The position numbers and the translations under genes are program-made. The notes below the pieces were generated by a model. That model saw nothing but the letters and a program-made list of their open reading frames with translations. It searched no databases and had not been told where the DNA came from. From an uncultured bacterium (GTDB lineage: Bacteria; Auribacterota; UBA3054; JAPLST01), in the NCBI GenBank assembly GCA_964397565.1, contig CAYNJC010000001.1:144966-208965 (forward strand): a stretch of DNA of 64,000 nt, in the 5' to 3' direction. Positions 37,815-46,636 of the stretch are shown in pieces (position 1 is the first letter of the stretch; each line of letters starts with the position of its first letter).

Positions 37815-38675
37815 TCACAGGCCGCACAGGTGCAGATACCAGCGCGTCAGCGCGCCACCCCAGAAATACGCGCCCAGCGCCGCCACCGCAATGTAGGGCC
37901 CGTACGGAATCTCGAAGCGCCAGTGCGCGCGCCGTTGCGCCAGCTTCATCGCGATCCCGCCCACACTGCCCAGCAGCGCCGACAGGAATATCGTCAACAA
38001 CATTTGCGGCCAGTTCATGAACATCGCCAGCATCAGCATCAGATGCACATCTCCAAGCCCGAGCGCCTCGCGCTTGAACCACAGCGCCCCCAGCCAGCGC
38101 ACCAGCATAAGCAATCCACCGCCGACACTGAGCGCAATGCCGCACGCCGCCATGGTCTGCATCCGCGTTGCCGCATCGCGCATCGCCGGATACGCCAGCG
38201 ACAGGGCAAAGCCGGCCAGAAAGCCGGTCGCCGTGATTTCCATCGGAATGATCAGGTAGACCGCGTCAATCGCCGTCATCGCCAGCAGGGTGCTGAACAA
38301 CACGCAATCGCTCAACCACGGCACCACGGCCGCACGCGTCACGTGCCACGGCGGATATGTCCCCATGTTCAAATACGGCACCACGTCGCCACAGCGATAA
38401 TAGAACGTCACCGCAAAAAACAGCGCGGTCAACAATTCCACCACGGCATACCGGGCACTGAAGCGCGCGCCGCACGCGCGACAGCGCCCGCGCAACACCA
38501 GATAGCTGATGATGGGCAGGTTGTCATACGCCGCGATCGGCGCGGCACACGCCATGCAATGCGACCCCCGCCGCCATAATGACTCCTCGCGCGGCAGGCG
38601 CACGATCACGACATTCAAAAACGAGCCGATGCACGCGCCCAACACAAACGCAAAAGCTAACAGGATCAGCGTCAT
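37815..38675 (-). CDS. prepilin peptidase (A24 family, PilD/GspO-like)
   Basis: N-terminal zinc-binding CxxC...CxxC (HCMACAAP...CRACGA), catalytic Asp-containing TM segments, and ~8 TM helices. Confidence 0.85.
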   Translation of the reverse strand: MTLILLAFAFVLGACIGSFLNVVIVRLPREESLWRRGSHCMACAAPIAAYDNLPIISYLVLRGRCRACGARFSARYAVVELLTALFFAVTFYYRCGDVVPYLNMGTYPPWHVTRAAVVPWLSDCVLFSTLLAMTAIDAVYLIIPMEITATGFLAGFALSLAYPAMRDAATRMQTMAACGIALSVGGGLLMLVRWLGALWFKREALGLGDVHLMLMLAMFMNWPQMLLTIFLSALLGSVGGIAMKLAQRRAHWRFEIPYGPYIAVAALGAYFWGGALTRWYLHLCGL

Positions 38676-38678
38676 CGG

Positions 38679-39575
38679 TCACGCTCCGCGCGGGGTAACC
38701 AGCCACGGCGGCGTAGCCGGCAGATACTTGTTGAACTGTGCCACCAGGGCGTCCTGGTATGCGCCGGCATACGTGCCGTCCAGAAATTTGCGCAACCCCT
38801 CATCCACCAAGCGCGCCCAGGCAGCTTCCTCGTGGCCCGGATTGATCGGGTAAAACAGGGCGTCATTCGCGCGCGCCGCCGCGTAATCGCCCGGCGCATC
38901 ACCGATCATCAAGACGTGCGCCGCGGCATACGTGCCGTTCGTCGCCCGCGCCAAATGCTCTTGCTTGGTGCCGCTTTCCTGGCCGGCGATCCACGCCATA
39001 TAGCTGGTCATATCGTGCTCGGCCCATTCTTTTGCGAGGGCCGCCTCGGGCGTCGCCGACACGACCATGCAATCGGCTTTGCCGCGCACCTGTTCGAGTG
39101 CGTCACACACGCCGGGAAACGGCGCACAGCCGCGCACCATCGCGTCGACTGCCGCGTTCACCGCTTCGCTCCAGCGCAACACCCACGCCAATTCCGCGTC
39201 GCCCGTTGCCGCCGCCGCTCTCTGCAGCGCCGGGTTGCCCAGCTTCGTTTCCTGCGTGATCCACGCCGCCAGCTTGGGCAGGGTCGGCACGCGCGTGCCA
39301 CGCCGTTGCACTTCCGGCCGCTGGCGCAACCAGTCCAGGCACAGCAGCAGTTCCGGAAACCGGTTTGTCCCGCGCCATTGCGAGTACAAATTGCCAAACT
39401 CCCACGTTTCACGCGCGTATTTCGACACGCTCTGCAATTCAAACACATTGATGAAGCACGGGCAAAAGCATTCCTTGTGCTTCAGTTCCATCGTATCGAA
39501 GGCGCAGCCGTCCGAGTCAATCCCAATGAAAAAGTCGTGGTGCGGGGTGAAGGCTTGCAATCGCTCACTCGACAT
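38679..39575 (-). CDS. HAD-superfamily hydrolase-like protein
   Basis: Motif I FIGIDSDGCAFD (DxDG) near the N-terminus and a distal MIGDAPGDY (motif IV-like). Confidence 0.6.
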   Translation of the reverse strand: MSSERLQAFTPHHDFFIGIDSDGCAFDTMELKHKECFCPCFINVFELQSVSKYARETWEFGNLYSQWRGTNRFPELLLCLDWLRQRPEVQRRGTRVPTLPKLAAWITQETKLGNPALQRAAAATGDAELAWVLRWSEAVNAAVDAMVRGCAPFPGVCDALEQVRGKADCMVVSATPEAALAKEWAEHDMTSYMAWIAGQESGTKQEHLARATNGTYAAAHVLMIGDAPGDYAAARANDALFYPINPGHEEAAWARLVDEGLRKFLDGTYAGAYQDALVAQFNKYLPATPPWLVTPRGA

Positions 39576-39708
39576 GGTTGCTCATCATCCGGGGTTACGT
39601 ACTGTGCGCCCTTCACTATAATTGTTTAGCCAGCGCCTGTCAAGCCGCCTGCGGCACGCGCAGCTCCGCCACCAGTGAACATGCCCAGCCCTCCCGCCGT
39701 GCGTGCTG

Positions 39709-39825
39709 CGCATAGCCGCCGCACGGCGTGCGGCGCATGGTGCCACCGGGGCAACGCGGAACGCCGTATTGTAAAGCGGTCAGTCCCTCTGCCCGTAGCC
39801 GCCACACGGCGTGCGGCGTGCAGCA
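39709..39825. repeat. REP element family B: GCCGCCGCACGGCGTGCGGCG hairpin, two tandem copies
   Basis: Copies at 39725-39745 and 39798-39818. A ~50-bp block at 39709-39758 is repeated at 43341-43390. Confidence 0.7.
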
Positions 39826-40046
39826 CATCACGCGGAACGCCGTTCCGCGGCTACAACAGAGACGACGCAGCCCGGATCCGGCAACGTCACGACGCGAACA
39901 GCATTTGCGGCACGGAGGCCGCTCCCACTCTACAGCAAAGCCGCAACAAACGCGGATAGCGCGGCGGGATCACCGCCGCTGGCGGGACTAAGAAGCGCCG
40001 CTGCCAAACGCCAGGTTGTGTCGTCTGCAAACGGCACAACCTGGCG

Positions 40047-41180
40047 TCAGCAGCGGCCGTGTGTCCGGTAATGCCAGAAACCCTCGACCAGCGTTTGCAG
40101 ATTCTTCCACGGCACGCCCGGCGCGATGGAACTGCTGCAGCCGAGGAACAAGCCGCGCTGCGGCCCGCGTTCGACCAGCCAGCGCATCTCCTGGCGCACA
40201 TCATCGGGCGTGCCATACGGCAAGGTTTGCGTGACTGACACGCCGGCAATGATGAGCAGGTCGTCGCCGTCATGCGCGTGCATGCGGCAGATGGCGTTGT
40301 AGTCCATGCTGCATTCGTACTGGAAGCCCTGAAAGCCCTTGATGCCTGCCGCAAGCAGGCGCGGCACCATCTGCATCAGATTGCCGTCGCAGTGCCAGAT
40401 CATGCGGATGTTGGCGCGCACCAGCGGTTCGAGACAACGGGCGAAATGCGGAAACCAGATGCGCTCGAGACTCTTGATGTCCACCAGCGTGCCGCGGCTG
40501 TCGGCCATGTCGTGATCGAGCCGCAGGTAGGGCGGCAGCCCGCCTTCGATCACGGCACGCGCCACGGCTTGGTTCACCCGCACTGCATAATCGGCCTGCA
40601 GGGCGAAATGCTGTTCCATCAGCTCGGGATAGAGCGCGTAGGCCATGAAATAGTTGGCGTAGCCGTACTGCCCATAGCCCAGTGTCGGAAATGCTGCCAG
40701 ACAATAGGGCGCCTTGAGCAGGTCCTGGCCGAGCACGTCCTGCACCTGGCGCTCGTGGGCGATGATGGCGCGCACATGCTCATCTTCGTCGAAGGTGTCA
40801 ATCCGCGTGCGCAGGGCGGGAAACGCGCGGCGTTCGAGGTGCGCGACGACATCCTCGGGCTGATCGATTGCCATGCCGTCAACAACCACGGCTTCGGCGC
40901 CGGTTGTTGCACCGCGCACGGTGTCGCGTTCATACCCGTGCGCGCCGATCGTCAGTGGATTCTCGGGCATCCATTGGTCAACCATGCAGCAGCCGCTGTT
41001 GACCAGCATGCGCCGATAGGTGTCAACCGGCTGGCGGCGATACGTGCCTGCCGGCACACGGGCGAGCCGGTCAATCATGCCCCATTCCATCGGATTGATC
41101 AGCCAGATGCCGATGCCGTCGGACGCGCGACCCATGATGGTGTCGCGCGCAAGGTGCTGTGGGCCACTCAATGGCTGCAT
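40047..41180 (-). CDS. uroporphyrinogen decarboxylase (URO-D) family protein, function unknown
   Basis: URO-D/MtaA-like TIM barrel. The C-terminal region LIIAGVSVTQTLPYGTPDDVRQEMRWLVERG resembles the UroD family C-terminus. The start is uncertain: ATG 41180 is chosen, and the longer ORF extends to 41321. Confidence 0.6.
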   Translation of the reverse strand: MQPLSGPQHLARDTIMGRASDGIGIWLINPMEWGMIDRLARVPAGTYRRQPVDTYRRMLVNSGCCMVDQWMPENPLTIGAHGYERDTVRGATTGAEAVVVDGMAIDQPEDVVAHLERRAFPALRTRIDTFDEDEHVRAIIAHERQVQDVLGQDLLKAPYCLAAFPTLGYGQYGYANYFMAYALYPELMEQHFALQADYAVRVNQAVARAVIEGGLPPYLRLDHDMADSRGTLVDIKSLERIWFPHFARCLEPLVRANIRMIWHCDGNLMQMVPRLLAAGIKGFQGFQYECSMDYNAICRMHAHDGDDLLIIAGVSVTQTLPYGTPDDVRQEMRWLVERGPQRGLFLGCSSSIAPGVPWKNLQTLVEGFWHYRTHGRC

Positions 41181-41244
41181 GACTGCTTGCTCAGCGGCGC
41201 GGCACCCCAGTCGGGCACGGCGCGGCGCATATGTTTGCCGGCGT

Positions 41245-42939
41245 TCAAGGTGATGCCACGTGTGCTTTGTGTTGAGCCAGCGCGGTCCGCACGGCCTGCC
41301 AGCGCGCGGCCATGCCGTCACAAAACAGGAACGGCTCGTAGCCCAGATCGAGATACACCTTGATGGCCGGCAGGCGGAAATCGTCGGTCTTCAGATAAAT
41401 GCGACGGAAGCCGGCGTGGAGCATGCGCGCCGTCGCGGCGGCGCTGACGATGGCGCCGAGCTTCTTGCCCTTGTGCGCGGCGTCGCCCGCCACCCAGCCG
41501 AGTTCGGCGCCGTACGGATGCAGGTCAGTCGGGTTGTGCGTGGCCATCGCGGTCGCCACGAGCGCCTTGGTCGCGCGATGCTCGATGACCAAGAATCCAT
41601 CGGGCAGGATGAACCGCAGCGTGTCCTTGACGCGCGTGCGCGGCCAGTCCGTGAAACCCGCGTTGATCATCAGCGCCATGTATTTCTCGTGGTCCGCCTC
41701 GGCATAGTGCCGCAGCACGTAGCCATCCGGCACGGGCAGCTGCGGCGGCGGCTTGCGTTTCGATTCCGGCCAGAGCATTTGCAGTTGCGGTTGCGACTCA
41801 CCCTTGGCCCAAGCGCGCGAATCGGGCACCTCGAGCCAGCGGCTGCCATCGCGCACGGATTGCTGACTGACAAGCCCAGGCAGCGTCATGTCCATCGCCT
41901 CGTGAATGCCGATTGGGCAGGGTGCCGCGCCAGTGATGGCGTGCATGAAGTCAAGGACTTCGAAATAATCGCCACCGCCGTGACCAGCCTTGAGCGCTGC
42001 GGGCGGCGGATTGCGCCAGAGTGCCGGCAGGTATTTCTCAACGAAACGGTCCGTGCTCATAAGCCCGTCGAGATCATGCCAGCGCATGTCCTCGCTGAGG
42101 GCGCGCAGCCAGAGCTTGGGACGATCGGCCGGACCGCCGCGACCTGATTCGTAACAGCCGTCTGTGCCTTGTAGCGTGTAATTGGTCATGGCGTGCGGGC
42201 GGTTGGAGAGCAGGTCAACGCGGATTTTGATCAAGGCCTTCTTCGCCGTCTGGCACAGCATGACCGGCGTCGTTTGGGCGTAGGCGTCGCCGCGCGGATC
42301 CTTGTAGCGCTGGCCGGCGTCGGCGCAGCACACGTGCGTCACGCGGTCGCCCGGCATCCATTGCAGGAGCGGGCCGAGACTGTGCGTGCAATACGTCACG
42401 CCCGCAATGCCCGTCTGCCACTGCCGGCGCCACGGGGTGACTTCGTTCAGTTCTTTCACTTCGTGCAGATACTCGCCTTCGGCATAATACACGTCGCCAA
42501 ACAAGCCCTGCCGCACCAGTTCGCGAATGAGCACATTACTCTTGCTGTAGGTGTAATTCTCGGCCAGCATGTACACGCCCTTTGACGCGGCGCAGGCGGC
42601 GACAAGCTGGCGGCATTCATCCAGCGAAACACCCGCGGGCACTTCGCTCAGCACATGCACGCCACGTTCGAGCGCGGCAATCGATTGCGGCACGTGCAGC
42701 GGCATGGGCGTGCCGATGATCACGGCATCAAGGCGCGCCTTGTTGAGCATGGTTTCGTAGTCAGTGAATTTCTCTGCTGCGCCGAGTGTGGCGGCAGCCT
42801 GTTCGAGGCCGTCGGCATTCGTGTCGCAGGCGGCCGCGATCTTGAGTCCCACGGCATCGCAGCCGAGTTTGAAACTGGCGCCGCGGGCACAGGCGCCGAC
42901 GATGCCGACTTTGAGCGCGTCGCGTGGTGGTGTGGTCAT
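41245..42939 (-). CDS. fusion protein: Gfo/Idh/MocA NAD(P)-dependent oxidoreductase (N) + GNAT N-acetyltransferase (C)
   Basis: N-terminal Rossmann segment LKVGIVGACARGASF...AVIIGTPMPLHV...HVLSEVP (the EKP-like motif). The C-terminal ~150 aa has a GNAT pattern (HKGKKLGAIV... acetyl-CoA P-loop-like, IYLKTDD...YLDLGYEP). Confidence 0.65.
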   Translation of the reverse strand: MTTPPRDALKVGIVGACARGASFKLGCDAVGLKIAAACDTNADGLEQAAATLGAAEKFTDYETMLNKARLDAVIIGTPMPLHVPQSIAALERGVHVLSEVPAGVSLDECRQLVAACAASKGVYMLAENYTYSKSNVLIRELVRQGLFGDVYYAEGEYLHEVKELNEVTPWRRQWQTGIAGVTYCTHSLGPLLQWMPGDRVTHVCCADAGQRYKDPRGDAYAQTTPVMLCQTAKKALIKIRVDLLSNRPHAMTNYTLQGTDGCYESGRGGPADRPKLWLRALSEDMRWHDLDGLMSTDRFVEKYLPALWRNPPPAALKAGHGGGDYFEVLDFMHAITGAAPCPIGIHEAMDMTLPGLVSQQSVRDGSRWLEVPDSRAWAKGESQPQLQMLWPESKRKPPPQLPVPDGYVLRHYAEADHEKYMALMINAGFTDWPRTRVKDTLRFILPDGFLVIEHRATKALVATAMATHNPTDLHPYGAELGWVAGDAAHKGKKLGAIVSAAATARMLHAGFRRIYLKTDDFRLPAIKVYLDLGYEPFLFCDGMAARWQAVRTALAQHKAHVASP

Positions 42940-43043
42940 TCAATATCTCCTGTCGTGTTCAGCCGAATATTATCTGCAATTTCGCTGCCGCCGTCAACGG
43001 CTTTCTGTTGCTGTTCGCGGGCCTTCGTGATATAATCACCGGC

Positions 43044-43205
43044 ATGACCAAGCTCCTGATCATGGCAGGCGTGGTGCTGGGCGGCGGTGTGGGCTGGTGG
43101 CTCGGTGCGCATGTTGGCCTCATGACCGCCTTTCTGCTGAGCGGCGTCGGCAACGTTGTCGGCATCTGGGTTGGCTGGCGCGTGGCGCAGATGCTCTCAG
43201 AGTGA
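43044..43205 (+). CDS. small glycine-zipper membrane protein (53 aa)
   Basis: MTKLLIMAGVVLGGGVGWWLGAHVGLMTAFLLSGVGNVVGIWVGW is two TM helices with GxxxG repeats. Confidence 0.45.
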   Translation: MTKLLIMAGVVLGGGVGWWLGAHVGLMTAFLLSGVGNVVGIWVGWRVAQMLSE

Positions 43206-43340
43206 CCAGCCGCCGGCCTCCGCCATGCAACAACATAGCCTCATTTTCATCTTTTTTGACCAGCACTACGGGCAGGCGCTGGGCTGCCGCAATTCGCATT
43301 TTTTGCCGCACCACTGAGATGCCTTTGCCGCGGATGCCGC

Positions 43341-43390
43341 GCGTGCTGCTCGTAGCCGCCGCACGGCGTGCGGCGCATGGTGGCACAGGG
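43341..43390. repeat. REP element family B copy
   Basis: gcgtgctgctcgtagccgccgcacggcgtgcggcgcatggtggcacaggg matches 39709-39758. Confidence 0.7.
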
Positions 43391-43456
43391 GCCGCGCCGC
43401 ATCTGCGTTGCAGAGTCGCCGGAATCAGGGAAATGTCGTCGCCTTGCACTACCATA

Positions 43457-43466
43457 CATACGTATG
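43457..43466. promoter_or_regulatory. perfect 10-bp palindrome CATACGTATG immediately upstream of dinB (candidate LexA-type operator)
   Basis: It ends 12 nt before the dinB ATG and is embedded in an AT-rich stretch, tacatacgtatgctatact, that also contains a -10-like TATACT. Confidence 0.4.
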
Positions 43467-43478
43467 CTATACTAAGGC

Positions 43479-44720
43479 ATGGACGACACGATCGCACCAG
43501 CGCCACGCACGATTTTGCACGTGGATATGAACGCCTTCTTCGCCTCGGTCGAGCAGGCCAGTAATCCGGCCTTGCGCGGCAAACCGATCGCCGTCATCGG
43601 CGCCAAGGATCGCACCGTCGTGTTGACCGCTTCCTATCCCGCCAAGGCCTGCGGCGTCAAAACTGGCGCGACGATGTACGAGGCCCGCCGGCGCTGCCCG
43701 CTCGTCCAGTTCGTGGTCGGCAATCCGCACAAGTACATGGACACCGCGCGGCGCATCGCCGTGATTTTGCACCAGTACACGCCGCTGGTCGAAGTTTGCT
43801 CGATTGACGAGGCGTTTCTCGACGTCAGCGGCTCGCTGTATTTGTTCGGCAGCGCCACGCGCATCGCGCACGCCATCAAAGCTGCCATGCGCGCCGCGTT
43901 CAACATCACCTGTTCGATTGGCATTGCGCCCAACAAATTGCTGGCGAAAGTGGCTGCCAATCTGCAAAAGCCGGACGGCTTGGTCATCGTCCACCCGGAT
44001 GACGTGCCCGCCTTTGTGCAGGATTTGCCGCTGGAAGAGATTTGCGGCATCGGCCCGCAGTTGACGGCGTTCTTTCAGCAGCGCGGCATTCACACCTGCG
44101 GTCAGTTGCAGCCGGTGCCGCGCGCATATCTTGAGCACCAGTTCGGCGTGCTGGGTGCCTGGCTGCACGATGCGGCATGCGGGCATGATACGACGCCGGT
44201 CATTCCCGCGGGCGAAGAACCGGCGCCCAAATCAGTCGGCCACTCGATGACCCTCGCACACAATGTCACCGGCCGCGCCGACGTCGATCTGTATTTGCAA
44301 CAATTGGCCGACATGGTCGGCCGGCGCCTGCGCGCGGCCGGGCTGTGTGGCACAACCGTGGCGGTCTCGCTTCGCTGGGCCTCCTTCACCAGCGTGACCA
44401 AGCGCCAGACCGTCGCCGAGCCGCTGCGGCTGGGCGCAGACATTTTTCGCGCCGCTCAACGGATCTGGGCGACGATCCCGCTGCGCGAGCCGGTGCGGCT
44501 GGTCGGCGTGTCTGTCTCAAATGTGCGGCCGCACTATGAGCAATTGCCGCTGTTTGCCGCCGAGCGCAAAGCAAGGCAACTGACCATCGCGCAGGATATG
44601 GTCAATGACAAGTACGGTGAATACACGCTGTATCCGGCGGCGGTCTTGCAGCGCTGCCGGCGCGAGCGCACGATCGCGCCGTCGTGGCGCCCAGACGGCG
44701 TGCGCCAGGCGATCCGCTGA
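43479..44720 (+). CDS. dinB: DNA polymerase IV (Y-family translesion polymerase DinB)
   Basis: ILHVDMNAFFASVEQ, the catalytic SIDEAFLD motif, and 413 aa with a little-finger domain. Confidence 0.92.
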   Translation: MDDTIAPAPRTILHVDMNAFFASVEQASNPALRGKPIAVIGAKDRTVVLTASYPAKACGVKTGATMYEARRRCPLVQFVVGNPHKYMDTARRIAVILHQYTPLVEVCSIDEAFLDVSGSLYLFGSATRIAHAIKAAMRAAFNITCSIGIAPNKLLAKVAANLQKPDGLVIVHPDDVPAFVQDLPLEEICGIGPQLTAFFQQRGIHTCGQLQPVPRAYLEHQFGVLGAWLHDAACGHDTTPVIPAGEEPAPKSVGHSMTLAHNVTGRADVDLYLQQLADMVGRRLRAAGLCGTTVAVSLRWASFTSVTKRQTVAEPLRLGADIFRAAQRIWATIPLREPVRLVGVSVSNVRPHYEQLPLFAAERKARQLTIAQDMVNDKYGEYTLYPAAVLQRCRRERTIAPSWRPDGVRQAIR

Positions 44721-44778
44721 TATGCTTTGGCCGCGCAAGAATTATTTACCATGATCGAAATCCCGTAAGTGTACCATC

Positions 44779-44941
44779 CGCGCCAGGCACCGATGCGAAT
44801 ATCCAATAACCAACACGGAATGTCCAAGGATGAAGGAAAGACCACAGAAGCCGAATCGCCTTCCTTGAATATTGGACATTCCTTGTTTGATATTGGATAT
44901 TTAACTGAATTTCTTACCTTGAAACTTCGCGCCAGGCACCG
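44779..44941. mobile_element. MITE-like AT-rich element: 136-bp segment with ~45-bp internal inverted repeats, flanked by a 14-bp direct repeat CGCGCCAGGCACCG
   Basis: Direct repeats at 44779-44792 and 44928-44941. Internal arms are gaatatccaataaccaacacggaatgtccaaggatgaagg and ccttccttgaatattggacattccttgtttgatattggatattt. GC content is ~40% against ~65% background. Confidence 0.5.
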
Positions 44942-44957
44942 CCCGGACATCGTCTGC

Positions 44958-44987
44958 AAAAAAAAGCCGGGCGGTCAGCCGCCCGGC
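44958..44987 (-). terminator. Rho-independent terminator of the secretin gene (minus strand)
   Basis: gccgggcgg tcag ccgcccggc hairpin preceded on the + strand by A8, so on the - strand the hairpin is followed by U8. It lies 22 nt after the secretin stop. Confidence 0.8.
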
Positions 44988-45009
44988 GTGATGACCTAGT
45001 GCGCGCGCC

Positions 45010-46548
45010 TCAGGGCGCCTTGTTCAGGATCACGCGATCAATGAACTGATCCACCGGTTTCGGCGGCGGTTCGTTCAACTCGGCATTGGTGGTCTCCAGC
45101 AAATCGCGCTCGCGCGCCAGCACACTGGTCTTGGGCGTCACCTTGTGCGGGGTCAGCAGCACAATGATTTCCGAGGTCGTCTTAACGTCTATCTCATGCC
45201 GGAAGATATAGCCGACCAACGGCATCGAGCCCAGCAGCGGCACGCGCTCGTCCTGTTTGGTCACCATATCCTTGCGCAATCCGGACAAGGAAAACAGCTC
45301 GCCGTCCTGCAAGACCACATTGGCCGTCGTCGAACGCGTGTTGATGATCGGATCATTTGCGCTGGTCCAGCCCACCATGCTGTTGACCGAAGCATCAATC
45401 GACAGCGTGATCGTCTGCTCGCCGATGGTCGGGGTAATCGTCAAGGCCACGCCCACGTCGGCTTGTTTGTTCAAGGGCGCGTCGGGCGTCGAATAGGCTT
45501 TGAACGAAACTTTGTCCAATGACGCAATCGTCGCGCGCTGGCCGTTCATCGCCACCACCGTCGGGCGCGACAGAATCTTTGCCTTGCCTTGGCGCATCAA
45601 ATAATTGATCATGTTCGCCATCGCCTTCGGCCGCATGCCCTGCACCGAAATGCTCTGCGCGGCATACTGCGCCCATTCGCCCGGATTCATGTTCAAATCG
45701 GCACGATCACGCGATTGCGCAAAATCAAGCTGCATGTCAACCGCCTCGGGCAGGCCTTCTTTCCAGGCTTCGAGCGCCATGCCAAAGTTGAAATCGTCAT
45801 CCATCTGGACTTCGACAATGTTGGCGTCAATCCGCACCATCTCCGGCGGCACGTCGAATTCCTCAATGTACTTCACCGTCGCATTGTAGTAGCTGGGCGA
45901 ATCCATATAGTACACCTTGTTGACTGTGTCATCCGGATACGAAGTGCCATCCTTGCTCATCAGCGCATCATTGACCAGCCCGCCCAAATCAGATGCCAGC
46001 CGGTTGCGGAGCTTGTACACGCCGACCGCGGTGCCGTCTTCGTAAAACTGCGTGCCGTCATGATCCAGCGCGTCGATGACCTGCGCGAGATACTCAAATT
46101 GAAAGATGGGGGCCGTGATGACAATGAACTCTTCGCCACTCTTAGTGTTGACCGACACATCCACTCTGCCGTTCTCTTTTTCGACGGTGGTGCGCAAATA
46201 GGACGCTAACTCGGCCGAGATGCCCTGGGTTCTCAATTTGAAGGCCTTGACAATGAAGTCGGTGTCGTCTTCCGTGCCGATGACGCGCACGGCCGTGCTG
46301 GCCGACGCCGGCGCCGACGGGATCGCGTGATAATACAGGTCGCCATCCTTGTACGGCTGCACCGCACCGGGCGTGGGCACACCAGCCGGCGCGGACGTCG
46401 GCTGGCCGACGGCGGCAGGTGACGGTCCCACCGGCGCCGGCACTTTGGCCTCGACCTTCACTTCGGTCTTCATCGTGGGCATCTGCGCCAAGGCCAAGGT
46501 CGCGCTCGCTACAAGAATGAGTAGTGCGCTCCTGCTGTGCTGGTTCAT
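45010..46548 (-). CDS. secretin family outer-membrane channel (GspD/PilQ-like)
   Basis: Signal peptide MNQHSRSALLILVASATLALA. The C-terminal secretin domain includes ILSRPTVVAMNGQRATIA and EIIVLLTPHKV. Confidence 0.75.
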   Translation of the reverse strand: MNQHSRSALLILVASATLALAQMPTMKTEVKVEAKVPAPVGPSPAAVGQPTSAPAGVPTPGAVQPYKDGDLYYHAIPSAPASASTAVRVIGTEDDTDFIVKAFKLRTQGISAELASYLRTTVEKENGRVDVSVNTKSGEEFIVITAPIFQFEYLAQVIDALDHDGTQFYEDGTAVGVYKLRNRLASDLGGLVNDALMSKDGTSYPDDTVNKVYYMDSPSYYNATVKYIEEFDVPPEMVRIDANIVEVQMDDDFNFGMALEAWKEGLPEAVDMQLDFAQSRDRADLNMNPGEWAQYAAQSISVQGMRPKAMANMINYLMRQGKAKILSRPTVVAMNGQRATIASLDKVSFKAYSTPDAPLNKQADVGVALTITPTIGEQTITLSIDASVNSMVGWTSANDPIINTRSTTANVVLQDGELFSLSGLRKDMVTKQDERVPLLGSMPLVGYIFRHEIDVKTTSEIIVLLTPHKVTPKTSVLARERDLLETTNAELNEPPPKPVDQFIDRVILNKAP

Positions 46549-46636
46549 CCGGGGCTCCGTGGTCATCAGGTTATCAAGGCAGAAACTGGGTGTATAACTA
46601 TAAGATAATCCCCGTGAAAAATGCAACTGCCCGCTT

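Noticed and set aside
46549-46636. Sigma54 -24/-12 promoter upstream of the secretin gene next to the EBP.
   Set aside because: The only GG-N-GC candidate, gggcagttgca, has 8-bp instead of ~11-bp spacing. A better TGGCACG-N5-TTGC near-match at 30474 lies inside a coding sequence with 1-nt wrong spacing.
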